A stretch of 64,000 nt of DNA from Podarcis erhardii (taxonomy: Eukaryota), in the NCBI GenBank assembly GCA_964252035.1, contig OZ176203.1, one strand, 5' to 3'. Every line of letters starts with the position of its first letter. Position 1 is the first letter of the stretch. The notes under the pieces are model-generated. The model had not been told where the DNA came from. It was given only the letters and a program-made list of their open reading frames with translations, and did no database searches. The position numbers and the translations under genes were made by a program. Of this stretch, positions 40,150 through 52,700 are shown piece by piece.

Positions 40150-40950
40150 TATCAAGTGAATGTAATCTTTATTGCGGTCCAAAAACCTGTAACATAGATT
40201 CAGAATAAAATGCAGATTCATACAGACAACCCCCTGGAAGAGGGAGAACGAGACGATATGATGATCTTTGATACATATGACTGCCTAAAGAAACTTTGCC
40301 ACGGCCACTGTGATATCATTAGACTTGTCATCCAGAAGATATTTAGTATAGTAGGCTTCAGATTTACCCAGCCGATTTGCCAGTAGGGGTTTAATCAATA
40401 GATCCCTAGCTTGCTCATATTGTTCGCAATGCCTCATACAATCGACGTCCTGAGAGCATACACAGAGCCTATTTTGATAAGGGATGCCTCTCAGTATGCC
40501 ATTTAGAATTTCTGATGGAAATACATTTGATCTGGCTTTGGTAAAGAGATGCCAATAAGTTGGTACAGACAGATTTCTAAGATATGCAGGTATCTGAAAA
40601 TCGTACCCGTAATGAATTCCTACTGCTGTCAGGCCACAGATAACATGAGATTGAGATTGGAGATCGCTATGTGATATGGTCTCAGACCCTTTGCCTCGGA
40701 GATTCAAGGGCGGTATCATAGCCCAGATGGTACAATAGAGTAGGTGGCATTCAAATTGAAGTGGCTTTTCTGACCATAGTTTTCATCCATGAGCTGATGA
40801 ACTCCTCGTTGTTTAGGTGTGGGAGTAAACCCTTCCCTAGGCCAAAGACTGAGATCTTGAGCCAGTATCTCAGGGCAGCCCACCATGCTTTAGTTGAAAG
40901 GAGGCATATCAGGTGAATGAGAAAATGTCTGAATCGTACGAAAACTGAAG
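40150..40950 (-). mobile_element. Non-LTR retrotransposon ORF2 C-terminus, RTE-X-like (clade uncertain)
   Basis: ORF 40285-40719 contains AYLRNL..LFTKARSNVFPSEILNG..RGIPYQNRLCVC..HC..Y..R..LI.PLL..YLL..ITVAVAKFL, the GRY..IP...RLC.C..H..C motif of RTE-X-type LINEs. Upstream minus-strand LRYWLKI also fits. Confidence 0.7.
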
Positions 40951-42199
40951 GTGAGTTGATTTATAATCAGCCTCAGTTAAAGTAGAATAAAATCATGCAC
41001 CACAAATCATGAACCCTGCATTATTTATAAAGAGTCCTTAAATAAATTATTTTTTAGTCAATTGTCTCTTAAGTATCTAGGATAGAGACAATACTTCAAA
41101 CTCCATAACTCTACCTCCAAAGGTGGTAATTAATCTAGTACACTACTAAATTTTATCTGAATCTATATATGTAGTAAATATGCAAATTTTCATTTATTCT
41201 AAAATCAATGTATTGGAGCCAAATACATCTTGTGTGAGTGAAAAGGCATTTCTACTCAAACAAGGTTTATCCTGAGTTCTGCTGATGCAGCTCCCTATGC
41301 CACACCTGACACTGTTGTGGTGCAGATTCACAGGTGGTGCATGGCATTGCAATGAAGAGGATGAGGGAAAACTCTGAAGCCCTTCATGAAACCAGACCAA
41401 AGTTTTAAATAGAAGCACTCTGTTATCTGTGAAAGTTTGTAACTCAATTCCATCAATCTTAATGGAACATCTTAACATAAACATACCACCATTTATCTTA
41501 AAGGAAAGGCAAAGAAGCCTCTCAATTTATATAGCTAGGAATCTTACCTTTAAGACCCAAAGAGTTTAACTGGTAAATGCAAACTATGAAACTTCAAGGC
41601 TATAAAAACTGTAAAATAATGTAGTATCAGGTGCATGATCACATTTCAAAAACTCTTCTCTATAGTTTTTGCCTTGGATTTCATGTTCTCTGATCTTTGG
41701 TGTGTGGTTTTTTTATTTGTCTACAGTGAATCCAAGGTTTTTTTTCCTCCCCAAGGACTTTTTTAAAACTGACTTGCAGTTTATGCATGACCTACCACCA
41801 GCTGCAGTGGTTAAGAATTTAACTCGGGAGATTGCACATATTGTAACTGGAGACTCACAGCAGTCTCTGAAGAAGAGATCAGTGATATTCAATAAGTATA
41901 TTCACAAGTATACTTTTATGTTTTCAAAAAACAAGCAGTTTTTCTGGTATGATGAGGAAAAGCTAGATCAAAGAGCTAAATAATTCTTAGTCTATTAATA
42001 CATGAATTTATGGAGTAAAACCAAATTTAGTTAAAAATTATAACATGGTGATGGCGATGATGATGATGATAGTGATAATATACTGATATGTTTAACTTTT
42101 ACACTACCTATTTATTACAATTATCTAAATTCATAAATTAGTAAACATTGAGCAGTGAGAAAATGTGATCTACGGTGCTTCTTATGTATATCAACAAGG

Positions 42200-43660
42200 T
42201 ACCCTTTGGGGAAGGATGAATGCTCTCAAAATGAATAAAATTCCCAGATTTATTTATATTCTGAGAGGATTCCCATCTTTTATAAAAAAGATCATATTTC
42301 CAAAAGTTAATCTCTCTGTTTAGGAAATGTTTTTGGGGATCAACAACACCGAAAATATCCTTGCAAAGAATGAAGTTACAAATTAAAGAAGGTGGTTCTG
42401 GAATTCTGAATTTGGAACTATATCACTCTGCCTATTTATTGACAAGTACTAAATATTGAAAACCCACTGTTGGTCTTAATTTTCTGATGTGGGCAACCCT
42501 AGAATATACACACCTTTAGTTGGTTAGACAATAGTAGGATCAAAATATTTGAAATCCCAGTTGACTCTGGAAACAACTAAGTCAGTTAGAAGGATATGGA
42601 ATATATTGTCTATCAAAAACAAATTTGATCCATTCTCACATGCCAAACTTACTTTGTGGGGAAATCCTACTCTAAAAATTTGGGGGAGGATATAGTGACA
42701 TAGGAAAATTGGACAGAAGCAGGTGTGTTGACTTTGGACCAACTAATAGATGAGGAAGATGAATTTTACACTAATGATGTTTTAATATCCTCTATCAGAT
42801 GCAACTCAATGGCAATATCTTCAGTTACAACCTCTAGCAAGTGAGTTTGGGCCAGCAGCCCTCACAGCTTTTGAGACACCTAAGATATTGGAACAATTTA
42901 ATAACCCATTTGAAACTTAAAAGCCAGTGGTTACTTATTTATAGATATTTATTAATGATCACTAAGTTGCATATGTAGACTAAGAAATGGCTGGAATAAA
43001 GAATTGTAACTTTCAATATTACCTAGACAGTGGGAAAGGTATCAATGGACCTTAAATTGAGACTTACACAGCAAAAAATAATGATCAGGATTTATTGGAC
43101 TCCTTTACGTTTGTATAAAAAAGAACTAAGGTAGCTCTATGCTGGAGATGTGGCAAGGACAGTGCCTCTTTGAAACACATGTTCATACAACGTTCTAAAC
43201 TAAATTTTGGCAGGAAGTGCTGGACTGTGTAAGTCCAGTGAAGCACCTACTATATAGAAGTTAACAATGGGACAATGAAAAAGGATTATATGGACCCTAA
43301 TGGTGGCCAAGAGACTGATACTGATGAAATGAAGCAATAAAGATACAATCCCCTTTAATCAATGAATTGACAATATGACAACACTCACAACTTATGAACG
43401 GACTGCTTATATATGTAGACTTTGCTTGGATAAATATGACAACATTTGGAATGAGTTTATACAGAATGTAGTAGGTTATTAATATCTACATATGTATTGG
43501 TATAACATCATCATATTTATTTATGTAAGAATGTATGGGGGTATATTACACTGTATTTTTTTCTGCACCTTTTTTCTTTCCTTATTTTTCTTTTTTCTGT
43601 ATCACTTTATTTCTTTATAACTGAAATTCTTTCAATAAAATATTATTACCAAAAATCAAA
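42200..43660 (+). mobile_element. Decayed L1/Tx1-type LINE, 3' part of ORF2 plus 3'UTR, antisense to ROBO2
   Basis: KEGGSGILNLELYHSA near 42385 (cf. GGLGLP.L..YY.A); CWRCGKDSASLKHMFI zinc-knuckle at about 43140-43190; T-rich 3'UTR ending TTCAATAAAATATTATTACCAAAAA at about 43632-43660. Confidence 0.8.
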
Positions 43661-44640
43661 AGAACAAAGTACAAAGTACATCTTGTTTGGTGCTTCTACT
43701 ATAAATGCTAATACTAATACAAATCTACCACACAAATAGACAAAAATCACCAATGCCAACAAGAACAAATTTCACACAGTTTAAATAAAAATGCTACTTT
43801 TATCCTAGCAATCGCCTGATATTCTGATAATTTTATGTTACATAAACATCTCACATAAGTCAAAATCTATTCCAAGGTACACATTGAAAATCCTCTCTGC
43901 TTAATTCTTCCTTTACAATTAGGTTCTTAACCTTGGGCTGGATAATGCACATAATCAATAGAGGAAACAGATAAAAAAAAACCCAACCCACATTATATAT
44001 CTATGATACCCTAAAGTCAATTCTACTATACTATACAAATAGTAAAAATCTTCCTTAATTTGCTTTCATGAATAAGTTCTCCCTCAGTGCAAACAGTGGT
44101 TATCAAAAACACCATAGATGCCTTCAGTGTCAACTTTTTAAAAAGCTACTCCTTATGTATTGTCACATGCCACACACACAATGTACAGACTATGGTATGA
44201 GCATATGAAGGCTCTGAAATTTCCAACAATACATGGGAAAACTTGACAAGATATCTTGATAAAAAGAAATAAATAGGCAGTGATGCATATATAAAATGAC
44301 AGCTATATTTTGACATTAGGCGCAACAAAACCAAATTCAAAAGGGCATTATACTTGAAGGAAAGATTAGGCTTCTTCCATGGTAGCACCATTCATGATTA
44401 CATGAACCACAACGTATCTTAGTGCCAATTGCACATTATGTATGGCCGCTGCACTGAATACATGTGCATATAAAAGACTAAGAAATAGGAACATTTCTTT
44501 TCAGCATTCCCACATACTTTATGGGTAATTCAAATTTAACAGATTAAAGTATATAGGAATGCTTAATGGAAAATGTCCTTATTTCTATTGTGAATCAAAG
44601 TAACTACACATTATCTCATGACATTAAGATAGTGTAGGGG

Positions 44641-45027
<387 letters not shown>

Positions 45028-45164
45028 TCACTAGTTTCTCTAAAGCATTTCTACACTAGAAATAAAACAGATGCTTTCAAAAATATTTTAGGCTGAAAAT
45101 CTGGCCTGCAAACACTTTCATGGGAGTAAGTACCACAGAATTCAACATGTCTAACACCTGAATA

Positions 45165-45380
45165 CAGTCGTACCTCGTTTTGCAGCCGGGATCTGTTCTG
45201 GAGCCCCGGCCGCTAGCCGAAAAGGATGCAGGGCAAAGTGCCATGTCTGCGCGCAGAGTGGTTTGCACTTCTGCACATGCGGCAAACCCGGAAGTACCCC
45301 ATTCCAGTACCTCCGGGTTTGCCGTGGACATTCGCCGGAATGGACACTAGAGAAGGTGGACATTTGCAGAGGTATTACTG
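45165..45380. mobile_element. Tc1/mariner(Tigger)-type MITE, family C
   Basis: TA-CAGTCGTACCTC...GAGGTATTACTG-TA; TA at 45163-45164 and 45381-45382. Internal inverted repeat GGCAAACCCGGA/TCCGGGTTTGCC. Confidence 0.85.
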
Positions 45381-47776
45381 TAGTTGTGTTCAGGACTGCA
45401 CTTATTTGCCACATTGATACAATCATACACAAATACCTCAAGGTCAGAAAGTTGCTCACAGGTATAAAGGAGTGCAGATGGCACTGAACTCAAAACAACA
45501 AATTTGTGTATATATTTGGGAATAGGGAAAACTACATACAAAGCAAGCAATCACTAGGTGAAACCCACTTTCCCCAGCAACCCTCTTTATAGTCTATTCC
45601 GTCACATATCCCTGTAATTAATACATGATAGAAACTAGACAGCAACTTCATAGCAGTCTCTCCCAAATATCAGAGACTAGGAATAAGTGGTGGTCTCAGA
45701 TACTACTATCTGAGGGGCATGCCCACTTCTAAGAAATATTTGGTTTCTAGTATTGGACTCAGTTTTCTGAATAATGCTAGTAATATTTTAAGTGATTTCA
45801 ACTAAGAATCACATTTTTATTGATATTTGAAATATGTATTGTTTATATATCCTCGCGGACTATGGGCTAGCCTAATCATCAAGCTTATTGTAAGGTGCAT
45901 TAACTTGATATGCACACCCTAGCTGTTGCTAACCAACTCTCTATCAAGACTCTTATTTTGAAAGGAATGAAAATTGCAGCACTGTTATCACACTTTTGCA
46001 GGGTGCTAAAAAAAAACACCCACCACACTCATTTGCTATACAAGCAAGAATCTGCACCTATACACAAAAGCAGTAAGATTTCACATGAAAGGCAAAAATA
46101 AATTGTTATGTTTTAACACTTATTTATAACTTACTCTTGCAGCCTGAAATGTAAACTGTTTTCATTGCCTATTTCATTTATGAAAACTCAAACACATTAT
46201 TTTTTGTTGAATGTATACTGAAAAGGCATTGCAAGTGGCTGTGCATCTTGCCAATTCAAATACTTAACCTGTATCAGAGAGAAAAGGTAACCATTTTATT
46301 CATTCTAATAAACTGCTTTTAAAAACCTTTGTGCATTTCCAATTTATTTGATAAAACTTTGGTTTATTAAACTTCCTTATTGGTAACATCTTCTGGAAAC
46401 CAGAGATCTATTACATCTTAACAGAAATAACAAAAAGCAAGTTAATATGACCATAACTTCACATATTTTTCTAAAATATAATTAGATTCAATGATACTTA
46501 ATCACAAGGGCAGATTGGCTCAAACATCTAGAAATTGACTTAAGGCATGCCCACTTGTCGCATCAAGGCTAAAATTAATGTTTTCTGAGTGGCTGTAACA
46601 GTTTTGGGAGAAATAGTACTTATTTATTTATACTAGTTCTAGACAACCCAGTCACCAAAGTTCCCTGGGCTGGTTACAAATATTTGTGCAACCCATACAG
46701 CATCATAAAAAATCTTAGAGCTATATGAGAACTGATATTGCATGTTTAGAGTAGTTGTTACAGTTGGAAAATGCTGCCAGTCTGCTCAATACAAATCTAT
46801 CTTTTCTTCTCATAGGTTGAGTTCTGAAAAACCAACCTACACTGATGTAATGAACTGGCAGGACAATGGCGAGAAGGAAGGGGATCTTAGTGAGCTGGGA
46901 CTAGGGCATACCAGGGCAAGCAGGGGATGGGGAAGGAAGTTCTCACAGGGTGATGGAGCATGGCGAGGGGAACCAGAGCAGCAAGACGCATCACCAGAGC
47001 CAGTGGGCCCCCATTGTCCCACAAACATAGCAGGCTCTAAGGTATGGGGAGCAGCAAATTTGCATGTGCAAGAGAGGCCCTACTAACATACACACTTTAT
47101 TCAAACTTCAATTCATTAATGCAGAAATTCATCAACTGAATGTTGTTACAAATTAAAATTGTGAATCTCTCCATCCCTATCTTCATGTAAACACTTTTAC
47201 TGATAAGAGCCTTCTGCCATGCCAACTCTTTCCTTCCTCCAAATCTGAGAAAAAAATAAACTTGAATATGCCTTTTTGTTCCATTTTGTATCCAAAGGTA
47301 GCAGATGGCTTGCCTTGAGGGTGAAACTACTATGTTTTGCTTCCAACAATAAAAACCACATACAACCAAAGTAGACAGTTTTCACTTGAAATCAACATCA
47401 ACATATCTTTCAAATATGCATCTTTCACACTGATGATGCACGCTGAACTGGAGTGTTTTGGTTTTGTTGTGTATGTTTGTTGCCCTGTTTTACTAATGTA
47501 GCAGGATATAGTTAAGCTGTAAACCTATACCCACTTACCTGGCAGTAAATCCTATTGAACTCAGTGTGACTAACTTCTTAGTAGACTACTTAATAGTGAT
47601 GTAGATAGTGATGGCCTATAGTCATTAGTGGCAGGTGAGCTGTTCAGTTCAGGCATTGGACAGCTACTTGGCTCAGCAGCTATGTGGTAAGACAGGGAAT
47701 TGGTGGGATAACTACCATAGTCACCCTGTCAATCTGCTTTCCGGCACACTTAATAGGTGGCACTGATAGGAACAGG

Positions 47777-47778
<2 letters not shown>

Positions 47779-47830
<52 letters not shown>
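47779..47830. repeat. (TAA)n microsatellite, about 17 units
   Basis: Perfect trinucleotide run; it may be the tail of an adjacent retroelement. Confidence 0.97.
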
Positions 47831-47831
<1 letters not shown>

Positions 47832-50800
47832 GGTTCCTTTATTCTTATTCTAACATCAGTTATGTTACAACAGCTGGTACTGTGGAACCAAGTACCAACC
47901 CAACTGGCTCCAGCCATACTCATCTGCTGCTAACTTTGTTTTCCAGAGTGCCAGCTTCTGGAAACCATTCTGAGGAAATTAAGATAGTGACAGGCACAAC
48001 TACTATTGTCCTGTAATTCTTGCTAGCGTAAAGCATCTCCTAGGGCTGTTGGGTCCTGAAGTCTCTTGCCCTAATGGCACCACTAACAGCAGTTCAACTT
48101 TAAATAAATGTAAATAACTGATTTTTAAGTTAACTGGTAAATCACACAAGCAGATAGAAAAGTTACCTGAATGGTTCTGTTCAGAATGGCACATTCATCA
48201 TGCATTGACTACAGAATCAAGTGGTGAATTCCACATGTGAAATTTTCATGGATAAAACATGTGTATTATCCAAAGTCAACTGGAAGTCTATACTTTTCAA
48301 ATGTCACACTTCACATGTCCAGATGAAAGACATTAAATAATGGTTATACTTCTGGAAAATATACCTTATGACAGGGAACCAATCAATGAAACTCCGACTA
48401 CCAAGGAAACAATACACTTATGGAACAGGAATCTACACAGCCAAATCTACTTTGGAAAACTGTAGAAGCAGGGGTGCTAAGTTGCTATCAGCAAAGTATT
48501 GGAGTTATGAGCTGAATATTTTTCCCAACACTGAAAGTCACTATCACAGTAATGCATTTTCTAGTCAAAAGAACCAAGTGTTACATATTAGTAAAGACAA
48601 TAGTGTGCTAGGTAGAAGACAGCATATAGTTCAGGAAGATATAAAGTAACTTTTGAGTATTTGACAGTGTTCAACAATGAGTGCATCTCTAATATGGAGA
48701 CACTACAACTTTACTGTGAATCGTATTTTACACTGAAAATGTCTTACAACAACTCTGACATGCCTAATTAGCTCAGATTACAGATCCCATTCAGTATCTG
48801 GCAGAATGCTCATCTAATGCCACTATTTAAAAATATCATTAGCTTGACCAAGAGATTTCTAGATATGGTTCTAAATGTGATTCAGAGAAAACTCTCATGT
48901 TTTAAAAATGTAATGTGGAAAGCAGACTTATAGGGAAAACTGCATGACAGATGTATTCCAGGTGTTCTATACAAGCTTCCTCTGTGATTTGCTACAGTAA
49001 AACTGCCTTCATGTGCTGATTCTGTGCTTCCCAGAAAACTCTATGTGGTCACTGTGGGAATCAGAATGCTGAATGAGATCACCTTTAATCATTTCTGATG
49101 TTGCTATGATGACAAGCCAATATTGCCAGCTTCCTCAGCAGCCAGGACCTGGGCTAACAAGTGCTGCATTTATTTATTCAGTCTGGAACCACTATCTTTC
49201 TTCTTCTCTTTTCACAGTCAAGGTGATTCTTTCTGCTGATGACGCCCTCGCACCACTGCCTATTCAATATAAACCCAGTTATTTATTCCTTTGGCCTGTA
49301 ATGCTCAACTCTTAACACTCATTTCTGCCATCAGGATTAAATGGAATGCCCTTGGGCCTGATGACAGAACACACACACTGATTCACTATGCCAACTCTTG
49401 GCACTTGTTTAGACAGTACTTACTGATTTTTCCTCAGCTCTCCTGCTTCATTGAGTTACAGTCAAGGTTGGCAGATACCAGGAATGTCACATGTAATAAC
49501 TTCAATTTGAAAGCACTAGTATAGTGTCTCACTGGAGTTTTTGATGAATGTTCCAGGTTACAATTTCTATTTCACTAAGCACATCAGATTTCTTTGAAGA
49601 ATGGCAATAATCTTACTTATACAGCATGCTATGTATAACATTTCTTTTTTCTAAGCCTGGTATCTTGTTTGTTCTGTTCAAAAGGTGGCACCATTTCATA
49701 CATCTTCTAGGTCAATGTTTTTGTCTTAATTTTTTTAATTGACTTAATATCTTTTCTGCTTCCATTAACGTACACCACAATGCCATCACAAAGCAGAAAT
49801 TGTATAATGCTTCAGTGTACAGCTATGACAAAGCTTCCTTTAAAAGCTTTTACCCATGGTGTGATTTATTTAATCCATTTTGTTCCACCATGAGCAGCAC
49901 TGCACAAGGACACAGGAATGAAAGGTGACAGAATAGGAAAGCAGTCTTCATGTTGTTTACCACCATGGCAATAAATCTGTGAATAAGATCTAAAAGTAGT
50001 AGTAAAGCGAAAGGGATAGGCTGAGGAAACAGATGGTACCATTTCAGGTCATAAACATTAATTGACTGCATATTTTCAGTAAGCATAATGCATGCTGTCT
50101 GTTTCTGCCCCCAAATAAAATAACAATATTTAAACATTTCACAATTCACATATGTTGCATGTAACTGAAGCTAAGGGGATCAATTGTGATGGCAGATCAT
50201 TGTCTCAAACAAGATTACGATAGTCCTGAGGGTCTTAAAAAATATGGGAGCACTTTTGACCAATATTCTTATTTTAACACACTGGCATTATCTTAACCAA
50301 ATAAAAGATAATAATTTGAACTTTCAAAAGGTAAAATTTCAGAATTAAAGTAAAGCCATACTATATAATGACAGAGGTCATTATAGTGTCTCAACACTTT
50401 TATTCTCCTTCTCAAGAGCCTGCTTATGATTTATCAATGAAGGAATGTAGTAAAAGATAAGAGAATAGTTCATTCTGCATTGTCCACATTCCATATGTAA
50501 TTTCATTGTGATATGAGCTTAATTCAATATTTATTAATGGGAAAATGAATGACTCTTTATTCACATTGCTCACACATTGGCCAAGTTTACAAGTTGCATT
50601 AAACCATAGTTCACGCAAGCCTAGCTTATTATGTTGTCCAAACCTAGGCTCACATTTTGTTGCCCCCACACAAACAATGAGTGGAAAACCTTGACTACCA
50701 TGTGTGGTTTGCTTGTGGAAAACAAACATTAAGCCTGAGTTTGGAAAACATGACAAGCCAGACTCTGGCTTTTTTTTTAATCTGTGGTGCCGCAAGAGAA

Positions 50801-50927
50801 GGAGAGATGCATCTTGAAAACTTTTGAGAAGAATGCACCATTCAGCTGCTTATTGAAACTCAACCACTCTCATACAACTGTTCGCCATGTCTATCTTACT
50901 CAGGAACACTTTGATTGTAAAATGCAC

Positions 50928-50966
<39 letters not shown>
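50928..50966. repeat. Compound (TG)n-(GA)n microsatellite
   Basis: Seen directly in the sequence. Confidence 0.96.
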
Positions 50967-50967
<1 letters not shown>

Positions 50968-51911
50968 CATTTTCTAACCACTCAAGCCTCTAAAAAGTGC
51001 TGCTCTTTTCAGCACACTGTTTTAGCTTGTAGAAAATTTCAAGCAGAAAACTAGTTGACTTTCAAGGCAAAATTAGTGGCTTCTTTTTCAGGGCATGTTT
51101 TTACTTTCAAGTGTTCACAGTTATCCAACTGGCTGATTCTAAGGCTCTCTAAAAGCAAGTATTTGTCCTGCAGCATACTGCTTAGATGAAATAATGCATC
51201 AGAAAGTCAGCTACGCTTATGTTAGTCCTAGTCTACAGAATTAGGGCAGACCAGTGCAAACATCAGTCATGAATTTCAGGTGCAGTAAATATAACTCTCC
51301 AACAGTGTGTTCATGCACATGCACAAATCTTTCTTGCTCCCCCTTCCACCCCTCAGGGAAGAACCTGCCTCTCATCATTAATGTGATTGCTACATCTTGG
51401 CCATAAAACAACATATTATTCAACTATATACAGTAGAGTATATACAGAACCTTATTAAAATGGTGGAAAAGGGGGTGGTTGTTAGTAGTAGCTCGGGATT
51501 GATGTGCTTTAGGGATCAAGACAGGACTTCAAATAACTATGCAGCTGGATTTATGAAGAGAAATTTATTGCAAAACAAAGCCTAGTAAATTTCCTCTGTG
51601 CCAAAAGCAGTCACATGCTTGAAGAAAACTACATGGGTCTAACATAAGAGTCAACAGTAGCTAGTTCAGCTAGAGAGAGGTTCCTGTTTCCTGGCACAAT
51701 TACAAATACTCAAGCAGAGAGAAACTAGGGGTGAGATTTTCCCCCCCTCTGTAAGTAACTTAATGAATGAAGTACTAATTAACATTATGGCATTGATAAA
51801 TGGAGAGAGAGATTAGGGATGTACTCGATAGTGAGGCCTTCCCAGATGGACTGTCAAAGCCACATTAATTCCTATCTCATTGGAGCATCTGCTTCTCCCA
51901 TAATCCACTGC

Positions 51912-52050
51912 NNNNNNNNNNNNNNNNNNNNNNNNNNNNNNNNNNNNNNNNNNNNNNNNNNNNNNNNNNNNNNNNNNNNNNNNNNNNNNNNNNNNNNNNN
52001 NNNNNNNNNNNNNNNNNNNNNNNNNNNNNNNNNNNNNNNNNNNNNNNNNN
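51912..52050. other. Assembly gap (139 N)
   Basis: Run of N bases. Confidence 1.
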
Positions 52051-52421
52051 NAATTAACTGAGCAGATGCCTCTACAATTGTCTTCCACAGTCAGGCTAAT
52101 CATGGCCTAGCAGTGGCCTACAGAACGTTCTCAATAGGAACGTGACTTCCACTGTTGCCCTTCTTGTTACAAACATGGCGATGCATGAAGGCCATTTTGT
52201 CCATCACTAATTGGCTATCTGCATAATATTTCTTCAGAACAATAACTGAAAGTTAACATGATAGCAGCTCATTTGAAATATGAAAGGGCGCAGCAATCCT
52301 TTCATATAAAAACATTGGAGGACATATGCCCAACTTTATATTGTTTGTATAACTAAACTAGTTTCTGATCAATATTGATCAGTGTCAGTAAATATTTCCA
52401 CTAAAAATTGGTCTTTTACAC

Positions 52422-52700
52422 CAGTAGTTCCCAAATATTTTTAACCCTGCTTGAAAACTGCTGAGTGTATTGCCTGACCACTTAATGATTTTTCTGCCTG
52501 TTGTAGGAACTGTAATGTGCTCTGCTAGAGCTATATGATTTTTAACTGTATTCTTATTGCTACTCTCTCATTCCCTCTCCCCACCCCCTCTCACACACAC
52601 ATTGTATTTTGCTTTATTGTGTTACAATTTGAATTCCATAGAATAAATTAAAATAGAAGAAACAAAAGAAGCAATAAAAATACAGTTAAAAATCAGCTAT
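52422..52700. mobile_element. Decayed fold-back hAT-like MITE
   Basis: Starts CAGTAGTTCCCAAA. A 28-bp inverted repeat with 26/28 identity links 52537-52564 (GATTTTTAACTGTATTCTTATTGCTACT) and 52667-52694. The right terminus is not evident. Confidence 0.55.

Noticed and set aside
47684-48016. 110-aa ORF with poly-Asn
   Set aside because: Artefact of the (TAA)n microsatellite.
51813-52103. ORFs spanning the N-run
   Set aside because: Artefacts of translating across the gap.
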